From Raillietiella orientalis (lineage: Eukaryota): a stretch of DNA of 64,000 nt. A model generated the notes under the pieces. The model did no database searches. It was given only the letters and a program-made list of their open reading frames with translations, and was not told the origin of the DNA. The stretch spans positions 2,790,001 through 2,854,000 of the forward strand of contig JAYWIR010000013.1 of NCBI GenBank assembly GCA_036172245.1. The letters run 5' to 3'. The translations under genes and the position numbers were made by a program. Shown here one piece after another: positions 36,250 to 47,635 of this stretch. Position 1 is the stretch's first letter. Every line of letters begins with the position of its first letter.

Positions 36250-37046
36250 CGGAAGTTCGGCCGCCGCTCATGGGTGCCTATTTTTAGAATAAGTGCTCCG
36301 TGCGTGACTGAAATCTCGAGAAGTCCTGACACGCCGGTTGGTCTGGAGCGTGCTGACCACATCCGAACTGCTATCCGCTCAGGCGACATCGGCGCCGTGG
36401 TCAGGTTCAGCTCGGATCCCCAAAACACCCACTGAACCATTCCCCCATCCCTTCCCCCAACCTTCCACGCAAGCACCGGCTGGCAGCCCTGATCTGGAGA
36501 TGGAGACATCGCTTTGGCGCGCGAACGAAACTTGTTGTGGTCAGCGGGTCCGACCATCCTTGGGGAGGAGGACCCCGGTCGTTGCAGATGCGCCGAACCA
36601 GAACCATCTTCGGCGCATCCATTCCTTGCCGGGATGGGAGCCACTGGTCCACCGGAGCTTCCTCTTACCTCGTCTGCTGGGTCGAGTCGATCAAAAAAGT
36701 TCGTGCGCAAACATGTCTGAAACCGTTTCCTCTTGGGTCAGTCTCTGAACCTCTCGCTTCAAGCCTACGGGCTACTTCAGAGTCTTCCTAGAACCACTTC
36801 CCCTGGAGTCTGCCCACCGACGACGAAAAAGGGAAAAACGCGAGGAGCATTCCTCTTCTCCTTCTCTCTCCTTCTTCTTCTTCGCTCCAAGGAGGAACCC
36901 AAGCTGCCACCGGTTCCGCATCATCGTCCTCGGGTCAGTGGCATCCCGGAGACCACGATGTTCCGAAAGAGCTGGTCATGAAATTGGGAACAAGACGAGA
37001 CAGCGGCTATCCCTGTGACTCAACATAAGGAAGACTACCCCAACGC
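36250..37046 (-). mobile_element. CR1/L2/Jockey-like RT relic(s)
   Basis: LGVVF next to the TSD, then GQTPGEVVLG (~GVPQGSVLG) and MFAHE (~FADD). Confidence 0.3.
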
Positions 37047-37059
37047 CCCCAATGCTCGA

Positions 37060-38244
37060 TTCTCACCCGAATGCGCCGGAGCGTTTATTTCGATGAAAAA
37101 CAAAAAAAATAGCATTGTCGGAGGAGAACTGTGGTTGGAACGGCGGTCCAGCCAAGCGCAATTTAACGGGAGCCTGCTGGGTCGCCTGTTTGCATACCGG
37201 CGGGGTCTGCCACGGCGGCAGAGGGGCAGGGGGCAAACAAAAAGAAAAAAAGAAACAAAAATAAAGATAAATAAACTTTTGGGGGGAGGGGGGGATCCCA
37301 ATCTGCTGGAGCGGGTCCTTTGCATCCTCTGCAGGATGCCGACAAGTTCTTGCTAGATAATGCTGTTCAGGTAGAGCCAACTCATTGCCACCCTCATAAA
37401 CTGGACGGCGAAGTGGATGCGGCATCCCTGCCGCTATGTCCTCTTCCAGCATCTCTCCAGGCGGTAATGATCCCGCGTAGGCGGCAGAGAGTGCAAGCGA
37501 GGCTGCCGGTCGAAGTGCGTCGCAGATGAAAAAGGGTTTAAGAGTGTTTCTGGAGTTGCCGCCGGAGTTCCTGGGTCGCGGCAAAGCCATGCTCACCGGC
37601 CCATTGTGTTGCCTTCCGGCCCATGTGGGCCGGAAGGCAACAGAATCCACTAGCAGGTGGAAGAGGGATTCACTCTCCCTGCACCTGACACAGCTGAGGT
37701 CCACACCCCCCCGCGTCCAGTGATGACGGCGGGCGCTGCACGGGAGACGCCAGTGCAGCAACAACAGCGCCGACTCCTGCCACTTCAAGGGAGGATGCGG
37801 GTGTTCAAGAGCACCGAGGGCCGCTGCAGTTGTTCCAACGGCACATCTAGCAGCTCGCCACAGCGCAAGAGTCCATGGGGCGGTGAGCTGACCCGTCTTC
37901 CACTCAGCCAGTCCTTTCTCCCTTTCGGAGATGGTCACCATAACTTCCCATTCCGCCGCAAGGTGTTCCCCGAGGGAGGGCAGCGCTGCGACGAGAGAAT
38001 TTCTTCCTGTCCACGCGCTTTTTCCGGGATCCTCCAGGATCTCTCGGAGTGTGCAGCGGTTGTTTCGCAGGAACCGACGCACCTGTTCTGTGCGTTGCTC
38101 CTCACTCCTCGCCCACATGCAAACGGTTTCCTGTAACCGGTTTACTAACGTTCACGGGGTGGCAGGAGGTCCATCTCATATTCTTCCTGGTGAGTATGGC
38201 CACCTGCCGAAGCTGCACTCCGCAGTGGCAAATGTGGCGACGAA
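37060..38244 (-). mobile_element. 5'-truncated L1/Tx1-like insertion with 13-bp TSD (1 mismatch)
   Basis: ORF 37063..38118(-) includes PLKWQESALLLLHWRLPC..CVRCRESESLFHLLVD. The flanks are CCCCAATGCTCGA (37047-37059) and CCCCAGTGCTCGA (38245-38257), and the end reads AATAAACGCTCCGGCGCATTCGGGTGAGAA. Confidence 0.9.
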
Positions 38245-38257
38245 CCCCAGTGCTCGA

Positions 38258-38680
38258 GGAGCTGAGTAGAGAGATGCTTGCGGAAGGAGTAGAGTTTAGA
38301 GTAGACGACAGAGAATGTTGACTTTCATATGCTTGACATTTATGAAGTTGGGGTGGAGGAAAGAGCCTGTGGAGAAGCACCAGTCTGAGCAGTATCAGGG
38401 ACCCAGGAGGCAGCGTCGTCAACGGGAGCGGCTGTGTTGTACAGCTTCCAGTTGTTCAAAGAACCAAGGACGGCTGAAGAGCCGACGCAAGCCGATGCAC
38501 ATCACTAATCTGTGTCACCGCCGACGGAACAGCGCCACCAAACGTCATATGGCGGGTTCCAGAGAAACGGACCAACATGCGCACCAAGCGGCGGAGGAAT
38601 CTACCAGCTCGCCCATCTTCCGAGATTCTGCGATGCTGTTGTTCATCGGAACGGTGTTGTCTCGAACGACATCATAAGAT
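38258..38680 (-). mobile_element. CR1/L2/Jockey-like RT relic, upstream half of the element split by the 37060 insertion
   Basis: PVDD, SDWC..LHKC and TLNSTP, continuing across the TSD into LGVVF. Confidence 0.35.
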
Positions 38681-40149
38681 CGTCTAGCTGACGTGCGTGA
38701 AGCTGCAAATTTTCAAATTGCAGTCAAAGATTTGCAGCTTCATTACACGAGCCGCTGGTTCAGCAAGCTGGCGCGCTCCACCATCTAGCGCTAAAGCAGA
38801 ACATCTACCAGTCGTACCGTGTGGGACGACCCCCGAAAGCTGCCGAGTGCGGACACCTCTGCTGTCGAAAACCCTTTGACCCCGCATCAACTGCAGGAGA
38901 GCGCAAGTGAGAGAGGGCCTGGTTCTGCGTCGGCAGGGAGGCTGGGGATTCGAATCCGGGAGAGAACCTCGCCTCAGCAAGGGCCCCCGCCGCTCTTCAC
39001 AGTCCTTGCCGCCCAAAAGTAAAGCTGTCGGGAGGAAGCTGCGGAAAAGCATCCTTTAGCATCTCCGCGTGCAATCATCCCGGATCTTTTAAATGAATTT
39101 CCATCCCCGTAAGAAATAAAGGAAGGATTGTGTATCCCCGAGAGAGTACGCACCGGGCTGGTCCAAAGAAAGCAGATCGTGCGTATTTTGGAGACGCCTT
39201 TCCTCAAGTGCAGACCATCATCTGCACTTGAGGGTAGGCGCCTCCCTGCCGAAGAAAACAGGGAGGAAGAAAAGAGTCCCAGGGCCGTGGAGAGAAGCAA
39301 CGGCTGAGACCGAGCGACCCCGCTCATCGCGATCGCTGATCCCAGTCGGGTTTGCCGTCCGCCCGTTTGGGGGCGTTCGCGCCAGCACGGCCGGAAGGGA
39401 GGATGGGAGCTCAGTCGAAGCGCCCGCCGGTTCTCTGGAGCCTCTCAAGAACGCCGGATGTCGAGGGTTCGTTGCAAAACCAGGCTGGAAGGGGACACTC
39501 TGGTGCGGAAGGAGCTGCCCCATCGGCGGCTCCCTTCGGCAGTTTCCAATCGCTGGTGCGCCTCAGTGGAAATGCCTCGAGGCAATCAGCGAGAGACGAG
39601 GCAAGGTCCGAGCCGCGGCCGGCTTCCCGCACCAAGCGCTCTCTGCCAGGGTGTTGTTGCTGCACGACGGCTGCAGCCCCATCCTTCGAGTATGCCCCCC
39701 CCCCTCCCCAAAAAGAAAAATCCTTTCTTGGGCACGGCCCCTACGAATGGTCTAGTTCCATCCTTCCGTCGGCGACCCCCCGTCGTCGTCATCTGAAGCT
39801 AAGGATGCAGCGGAAAGCCAAGTCCTCTCTCTCCCTCCCTCTCTCTATGTGTCTGTGTTGACCAAGGTCCGCGCCCGGACTCGGGTGGCATCCGGGAACC
39901 CGTCGGCGCCCTAGCCGAGTTGTTCCTCCCCTCTGGTCGTCGCTCGTCCTGGCATGGGAGACGACCGGCGTCGGGATATGTCGGAGGCTGTTGCCATGGA
40001 ATCCACGCAGGCTGCAGCGGGAGCTCCCTCTAACGAAAGCAGAGGGCAGTTCCGCCATTCCTCGACTGCCACCGTTAAAAATAGCGCCTCCCCCCCCCCT
40101 CCCGAACGCGCGTGGTCCCACGGCACTCTTGCACCACGCAATTAAGAAC

Positions 40150-41900
40150 CGTACGTTAAGAATATGAAGTGGAGCGGTTCGATGATGCGCAACTCTGGGG
40201 AGATCGGATCGGATGATGGACCGTCGGCTCTCAAGCGGAGGCAGCGAATACTCCGCGCAGATTCGTTCGTCTGGGTGGTCCGCAGCGTATCGGAGGCTGC
40301 GGGTATCGCCTCCTGACGAAATTCCCGTGGCACGTCGCGCTGAAAGCACCCGTGGCTGCCGCCGCCTCAGTGGAGCGCTACGCTTTCGCCACCTCGTGCC
40401 TACACCCGGAAGCTCTGCCGCGACGACGCCTCGTTTCCTCCGCGGTCAGCTAAGCCTGACGCTGGACGAGGGAAGGAAGGGGGGGGGGGGCAAGGTATGC
40501 TCTGTTTCTACGGATATCCAGGGAGGTGCTTTGTTTCCACGGCGATCTTCCGCGTCGCGTGGAAGGTCCATCCCGCTGGAGCGCCCGGCTCCGCGGATGG
40601 ATGTTCGCCTCCTCTTCCCTTCCTCCTCCTCATCCTCCTCTCTGGCTGGAGCGATGCGTCTTCGGGTTCTTCGGACGGCAGGGAAACGAAAAAAAAAAGG
40701 AACCTAACGCGCTTCCGCGAGCGTCCAGCGGTCTTCTCGGAAGACTTCGGTGAACACGAAAGAACACGCCGAGCCTTCGCTGGGCGCTTCCCGCCCTTCC
40801 ATCTCGCAAGAGGACCTGCAACTTTTGGAACGCGAGCTGCCCGACTTTGGCTGTCCGATCCTTCTTCAGCGACCGAGGAGCTCGCCTGCCCGGGAATGGC
40901 CCCGACGCTCAGCAGCAGTCATGGTCCGCATCCGCGGTTCCGTGTGGACGCAACCACGCAGACGGCAGAGGAGAGACTACCAACCGCCCTCTGGGGCGGC
41001 CTCCTTGCCGCTCAGGGAGAAGCTCGGACAGGTCACCATCCACATCGCGCTAACCATCGGAGGACCGGGAGCACCGGAGAGCGGCCCCTGACCTTCCCTT
41101 CTTCCCTCGCCCCCCCCCCCCATCCCATTGTTGATCCTCTCTTTGTTCACCTCCCCTCCGTTGCCTCAGGCCGACTACTCGCGTCATCGTCGGGCAATAC
41201 CCTGCGAAGAGCTGGCTGCGGACGCGCGTGTGCTGAGAAGCGCCCTGCTATCCTCCTTTCCCCTCTGCCTGTCGGTCCCCCGAGGATCTCGCACCTGACC
41301 AATGACCATCCCTCTCTTCCTGCGACGGTCTCCCGCTCGGCGGTTCTCTGGAGTTGACCTCGAGCCGCAGCAGGCCCACTTTCGAGCGATTTGGTTGAAC
41401 AGCCTGTCTGGTGAACGAGGACCAGGGGCTGCAGAGAAACGAAAGCCTCGGGCCCGACTGCAGCAAGCGGGACACGAAGGGGAAGCGAGGGTCCTCCGGG
41501 CCACCCAGGACCGGCCGTAGGGAGATTCAATCAGCGCCGAGTTCACCACCGCCGCCGCCGCTGCCACCCCCTCCCAAGGGAGCTCTTCCTCGCTCTTTTC
41601 CCTGAGCTTTTCCGATCCGGAATCGCGTGGGAGGAGGTCTGAGGAAAGCTCAGTGGTCCAGAAGCCGTGAGCCTGCTGCCATATCGATGAAGAGACCGGG
41701 GCGGTGGCGGAGACGGCGGTTTCATCTAATGACTGCTGTTGCGGTCCCTTGTCCTTTCTTCCCCCTTCCCCTCCCTTCCCGCCCTCCTCCCCCGCGGATC
41801 GCCGAGGCTGCACGTTCGCGGGGCGCCCACAGCAGCCGAAATGGCGGCAGCAGCGCCTCCGCTGCTGCCCCGAGAGATGGCAGATAGTCGTCTTTGGTCC
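40150..41900 (-). mobile_element. CR1/L2/Jockey-like RT and C-terminal relic
   Basis: QAHGF (~QHGF) at about 41660 and SLPPLESRR (~LxLPxLExRR) at about 40225-40250. Confidence 0.35.
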
Positions 41901-42079
41901 CTCGCGGTGAGCGACGGCGAGCCCGTGGTGCGTTCACAGCTCCGGAGCAACGCGTCGCCTGTCCCTCCTCCTCCCTTCCTCCTCTCTGGAGAAGCCGACA
42001 TCCGCTCCGGAAGGGCGCTGGCGGCGCTGGAATTCGGTGGCTGGGGAGATCCCCGAGTTTTTTTGCCTCTGGGCGCACG

Positions 42080-42220
42080 GTGCCTCTTGCGAATGTGTTT
42101 GGTTACATCAACGTTCTGCGCTCTGTATCTCCAGGGAGGGCTCAGTGTAGTATGCATTTTTCTTGTTGCGAACGCGTGCCACAGTATGTGGTTGATGAGT
42201 TCAAGTTGAAATGGAATTAG
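42080..42220 (+). pseudogene. fusA: bacterial elongation factor G, C-terminal 46-codon fragment (Wolbachia/Anaplasmataceae-like)
   Basis: [46 protein letters not shown] matches EF-G domain V (VPLxxMFGYxxxLRSxSQGRAxYSMxFxxYxxVP). Confidence 0.85.
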
Positions 42221-42231
42221 GGGCAACGATT

Positions 42232-42397
42232 ATGACATCAGTAGGAGCCACAGCAACAGTGGTCGAAGCGTTTGGGAAAGCCGCACGTGAACGTGGGAGC
42301 GATAGGGCGTGGGAAGACGGCATTGGCAGCGGCGACAGCAAAGCATTATGGAAATCCTGCAGCATACGATCAAATGGATAAGGCAGCAGCAGAGGAG
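42232..42397 (+). pseudogene. tuf: bacterial elongation factor Tu, N-terminal fragment (Wolbachia-like), frameshifted with P-loop deletion
   Basis: ATG 11 nt after the fusA stop. Reads MT..VVEAFG/KPHVNVGAIG[HVD deleted]RGKTALAAATAKHYGNPAAYDQMDKAAAEE, against the consensus [34 protein letters not shown]. Confidence 0.88.
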
Positions 42398-42969
42398 GTA
42401 AAAATTAAACAGAATACGCCCCAATACATTAAGTTCCTCGTCACGAATCCTCTGTAGAGATTGGGAAGATGAGAAGGAATAGCTTCAGTACCATAATAAG
42501 GGGGCTGGCGGAATTCGACAAGTGATTTTTCGTTTCTATGAGCAACCAAACCGCGGCGTTTCGCAATGAGGGCCTCAGCGGTTCTGTCTTTCAAATAAAG
42601 AATGCTCCTGCTGAATCTCAGTGCGGGTGTGGTCACATCTTCTCAGATTAATTACTGCCAGCCTTTTTAAACGTGGGTATTGCTCCAGCAACAATACCTC
42701 CCCGCCCCAGGAAGTGCCCTAGGTGTGTGTGTGGGGGGGGGGGGGGCACGCCAGCGACCGCCTCCTTGTACTCTCTGTAGCAGCACCCTCACTGCTCTTC
42801 GACGGAAAAGGAAAGAAACGCCCGGGGCTCCGAGAGCGAGGGACCCGAAGAGAGGGCCGCAGACCAGCGCGCAAAGAGAGATGGGGGCGCTTTCCGGCCC
42901 GTCTACTCGCTTCCCCCTTCCCCTCCCCTTCCCCATTCTCTCTTGCACCCAAGAGGATCGTGTGTTCAC

Positions 42970-45900
42970 CCCGCCCTTGGAGGTCAGAGAGCGCCACCTG
43001 GTGGCCTACGCCACACGACCGTCTGAGGAAACGGGGGCGCGCGAATAAAGAAGGGGAGGTAAGAGGGGACTTGCTCCCTTCCCATGGGGTCTCTCCCTTT
43101 CCGCTGAAACACCCGCTAGTCCAGCATGAGAGAACGAGGGCGCTGCAGGGTCCTTGGCAGGAGCAGCAACTTCCTCCTCTTTCTGTGGGGGCCGGGAGGG
43201 CACAGGAAAGGGGGGACCGAGGGAACTACCGAAGGGAGGAAACGACTGCTTCGGGGAGACACCTGCGGGAGAACCGGAAGTGCGTCGCTGTGGAGGAGGA
43301 AAGGAGGGGCAGAAGAGTCTTGATGGATGGCGGGTGTCCCCAAGGGTGGTCGAGATCCAGCAGAAGAAGCCCTGGGATCGGCTGCCAGGTACGGAAAGCC
43401 GGGAAAGGAAAGGAGGAAAGTGGTGGCAAAGCGGAGGCGGAGGAGGAGGAGGAAGGGAGGAGAAGGAGGGCAGGGAAGGGGTGAGACGGCCGAAGACTCC
43501 CCGGAGCGTTTGCGAATGGCTACGGGAGATTTCTACTGGGACATCCCAGGAGGTGGAGAGAACACGCGGAAGCGCCCTCTCCCGAACGCATCCACCGTTA
43601 CGGAGAAGTCATCCCCCTTCCGCGACTCTTCCCCTTCTGGGTGGATCGGCAGCCAGGATCGTCGCCCCCGCAGGAAGGCTGGCGCATCGCTTCGGAGAAG
43701 GGCGAGCGAGCCGGCGATCCTTCGGTTGCCAGGCGACCCATCGGGTAGTGCGGAAAGAGGTGCCGCAGGGAGCTGGGGCTGCTCCCCCTCCCCTGCCGCA
43801 TCCCCTGCTTCCGCCCGGCCGGCATCCCGGAACCCGTGCGCTCCCTACAGGGCGCTCGCGGCAGCCCGGATTCCCGGCTGCTCGAGAGAGGTCGGTAAGC
43901 GCTGCCGCGGACTGCGTGCTTCCCCTCCGTGGACCACATGCCCGGCCCACGGTGGGAGGCGAAGGAAGGCCCGCGTCCCAGGACGGACTTCCAGGTTCGC
44001 GTGGTCAGGATCGCCCGAAGCGATCACCGGCCCCCTTCCTCCCCACGCCGGGAGAGGGGGGGGGGGGGGAAACCCGCGTCTCCTCTTCTCCGTCTCTGTG
44101 GATCCCGCGGAGGAAAAGGGGGAGGATAGAGAGGGGGCATCGGCATCTCTTCACTCTGGACCCAGGTGGTGGAGGCGGGGCGAAGGAAAAATCTGCCTCT
44201 CCCCTTCCGCTTGCCCGACGTCCCCCTCCGGGGCCAAGGTGGCGGGGTGGCCCGGAAGCGCCTGTGCAGGGGAGGGGTCGCGCGCTCCCTGGCTGGGCTC
44301 TCCCCTCACCGCCAGCCCTAGCTCGCGAGGAGGAGGGGAGGGAGCGCCGGAAGTGCCGGACCCTGGAGGCGCCGGAAAGGCCTCGCCGCGAGGGTGGAAG
44401 CGTTGGATCTCGCGGTGGCTGCTCACACTTCCGGGGAGCGCCGTCCCCTTCCCCTCCATTTCCCTCCCCTCCTTCTCGGGAGTTTCCTGCGCGACCTGGC
44501 AGCGTGCGCGCATCGTCCCACCGCATCGCCGGCGGCCACGGCGGCTCCTCGTCCTCGAGGGCAGAGGCAGGGAGGGAAGTTCAGACGCCCCCGTGCGCGC
44601 GCGCGGTTCTGCTTCCCTCCTCCCCCCCCCGTTGCGACACACGCGAGGCGGAACCTTGCGAAATCTCCCCGCCGGAAGCTGCTATCAGGATCGGAAGCGA
44701 CTCTTCCTCCACGCGCGCGGGGTGCGCCTGTGGCACGCCGCTGCTGCCGAGAGGTCCCCACCCCTGAAAGGGAGAGGAAGGGGAGGGTTCTCTGTCCCGG
44801 AGGAAAGGCCGGGCTACCTTCCTGCCGGCGGAAGGAAGGGGGGGGGGGGTACGCGTGTGCCACGCCCGCCTCTCTCGCCTTCCCCGCCCTCTCGCTGGCG
44901 TTGCCGCCTGCTGGAGACAGGATGCAGAGAGAGAGAGTGAGGGAGTGAGGGGGAAAAGAGCCGCTCTTCCCAGCCTCCTCTCTTCCTGGATCTCCTGGGA
45001 AGAGAGAAGCTCCCCCATGGGCGCGGGGTGAGGGACGTCTCCCTCTCGTCGCCCCAGCAGCAACTCTCCCGGGGGAAGAGGGAGGAAGGGCGAGGACCAC
45101 CCCGCCCCACCCCCTTTAACCGCCATGGAGATCCCCCCATTAGGCGGGCGGGCTCTCCCTGGAGAGGGGAAGGTGGAACGAGCTGCGTGGGGACGGCGAG
45201 GAGTAGGAGTAGGAGGAGCGGCGGCGGTGGTCTCAACGGCAACGAAGGGCGGGATGAGGTTTTCCGTCCCTTTTTCTTTTTCACTCGGAAAGTGGAAACG
45301 AAGGGTGGGAGAGGCAGTCTCCAGGTGGGAAGGAGGAAGGATCCCTCCCCTACTCAGAAATGCACGCGGGAGGCAGCAGGATGCGGCGGGGGGGCGTCCT
45401 CTGTTTGGTCCCAGCTTCGGCCGAGAATCCCGCTGTGGAAATCCCCGTATCCTCCCGAAAAGACCCGGGAGGCCACCTCACGTTTATCTCTCCCACCCCT
45501 TCCCCCGGCGAGTGCCTCTTCGGCAGCGCGAACTGCTCCTCCCGATCGTCCGAGTGGCCGCACCAGGGATCCTCCTAGGGCGGCGGAGAACACGCGCTGC
45601 AGGGAATCCTCTCGACAGCCGGGAGGAGGAGGGAAGGGGAAAACGGGAGGAGGAAGAGAAGGAGGAAGAGGAGGATTTCTCCCCGACGCTCTGGGAGAGA
45701 CCAGGGTCCGGGAAGGTCACCTTTCCACTCGCCGTCAGACGCCGGTCCGCGGACCCCCCTCTCCCCCATCGCGTCGTGGGTACGAATCCCACCCGGGGAA
45801 GGGTCGACATCAAGGCGTGGGTTCGAATTCTCCCCGCGAGATGACGCTGGTTGGGCCGCCGGCTTGGGGTTGCGGCGGCATCGATCGAACCGGATGCCCC

Positions 45901-47150
45901 CCCGCTGCGTGGCCGGCGTTGGGAGCCGACTTCCCGGGGTTCCTCCAGGAATCGAGGACTCCGCGCGGGCCGGGAGCAGGCCAGGCTCCCAGCGGGAGGC
46001 TGTCCCTCCAAGGGTGCGCGCGGAAGGAAAAGGACGGGGAAAAAAGGGGAGGGACTCGGCTAGGTGGACGAACGAGAGGGCAGGGAACAGAAGGAGCTCC
46101 GATCCACTGGAAACCTTCCGGTCTCCCTGGAGACCCTCGGGAAGGAAGGATCTCCTCTCCGCCTCCTCCAACAAGGGGGGTTGGGGGTAGGGATGGTGGA
46201 CCGAGGCAGTGTCTCGGACTGTGCGCCCCTCCCGAGAGATAGACACTCCAGCTGGACAGCGGAGGCTGCGGGGCGCCGTGTCTCCTCTTCGGTGGCGCGG
46301 CTGCTGCCGCGGAAACACCTCCGGCCCCTTCCAGTCCCACCCCAGCTCTTCCTTCCCGGAAGGGTTCCTCCGCGCCTCCTCCTTTCCCCCTGCTTCCGGG
46401 CGAGCAGACCCGCGGAGCCAAGGGAGCTCCGAGGGCAAACAGGGGAAGGGAGGGAGGGAGAGGTGTTGAAAAGAAAGGGGGGGGAGAGTCGGCCCTCTGC
46501 TGAAATGAAACGAAAGGGCCTTGCTCTCCTCCCTGCCGTCCCGCTTCCTAGAGCGCTTCCGGCGATGACCCGCCTCTCCCTCGCCCCGCCCTTCCCTCCT
46601 TCGCGAGATGACACGCTTCCTGCGGAGGTTCCTGGCTCAAGGAGAGGCCGCGAAGGAGGAAGGGGGGGGAACTTCCCAGACACAAAGGGGTGGTGCCGTC
46701 CTTAGGGGGAAGAAGGTCTCCAGTGAGTCCGCTCTGCACGGCTGTCCTCCCACCCGCACCCTCGGGGCGGAAGGTCCCTGCGCTTCCCACTCCCACCCCT
46801 CGTCTCCCTCGGAAATGGAAGCGCGCCGAGGCCAGCAGCGCGGGCTGGTCCACTTCTGGTCCCGACTCTTTCCCGGGACGGGGACGCCCTCCCTGTCCCC
46901 GTCCCCCTCTCCCCCGGATGGCGCTTCCTATCCCTCTCCGTGCGCTGAGACTCGCAGGTGGCAGAAAGTCCCCCGACTGCCCCCCGGCAGGAAGGGATGG
47001 GGAGATCCCCCTCTCCCTGTCTGGACATTCCGAGGGAGTTCCAAAGATGGCACCGAGGTTGTGAAGGGTCGTCGCCCCGGGAAGTTCGGTCGACACCCCC
47101 CCACGTGGTCGCTGCTCGCGCGCGTTCCCCATCAACTCAACGGGGGATCA
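42970..47150 (+). mobile_element. long, very GC-rich decayed L1/Tx1-like element (ORF1 end, EN, RT, post-RT)
   Basis: Ordered motif echoes: GPRWR (~44230), KAWVRIL (~45815), GIDRTGCPP (~GIRQGCPL, ~45880) and WCRP..EEG (~46690). Both boundaries are approximate. Confidence 0.45.
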
Positions 47151-47169
47151 TTCCGGGGCGCTTGCTGCT

Positions 47170-47635
47170 CCGGAATGTGCGGACGGCAGTGCGTGGGACC
47201 AAAAGGGTGTGTGCTTTTGGTGGACTTTATGGAGCCTGGAACGGCCACCACTTGGCCAGCCTGCTGTGGAACATTCTCGAAGCTGCGGCGTGCCATTCAG
47301 CAGAACCGACGACGTGGAGTGCTGAGGTCGGGAATTCTCCCCCTGGCAACGCATGCTGACTACCGCGTCTTCCTTCTTGCACCCCTCAGGAAGAGCTTCG
47401 AGGGGCAAAGTGGGGAGCGGAAGGCCGCCGTGCTGCCGAACTCCCAGGCGGCGGAACGTCATGCAGACGGTTTCGAAAAGCTCCTTCCACGGTATCCAAA
47501 GTGCTGGGAAAGAGAATCGCGACCACGTGGAAAAATGACACATGTCTTCAGAACCACCAATACGTTTTTGTTTCTCTTTTATGTTGTTCCTTTCTTTCTA
47601 TCCGATCCGCCCTTACTTTTGAGATGCGCCTCGTA
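47170..47635 (+). mobile_element. mariner transposon remnant (3' part of transposase and right TIR), internally deleted
   Basis: WDQKG/VLLVDFMEPGT..KLRRAIQQNRRRGVLRSGIL..DYRVF..ADGFEKLLPRYPKC..HVEK*. It ends CCCTTACTTTTGAGATGCGCCTCG-TA (47610-47635), the reverse complement of a mariner-type TA-CGAGG..AAAAGT end. Confidence 0.85.

Noticed and set aside
42080..42397. Live bacterial contaminant or organellar (numt) origin of the fusA-tuf piece
   Set aside because: The frameshift, P-loop deletion and truncation exclude a functional bacterial locus, and animal mitochondria lack these genes. A chimeric join still needs read-level exclusion.
43154..44940. Very long ORFs (537 aa twice; also 449-473 aa at 22261-24881 and 419 aa at 29176-30435)
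   Set aside because: They are open in several frames on both strands, are R/G/P/S-rich low complexity, and the LINE motifs hop between frames. This is stop-codon scarcity from high GC, not genes.
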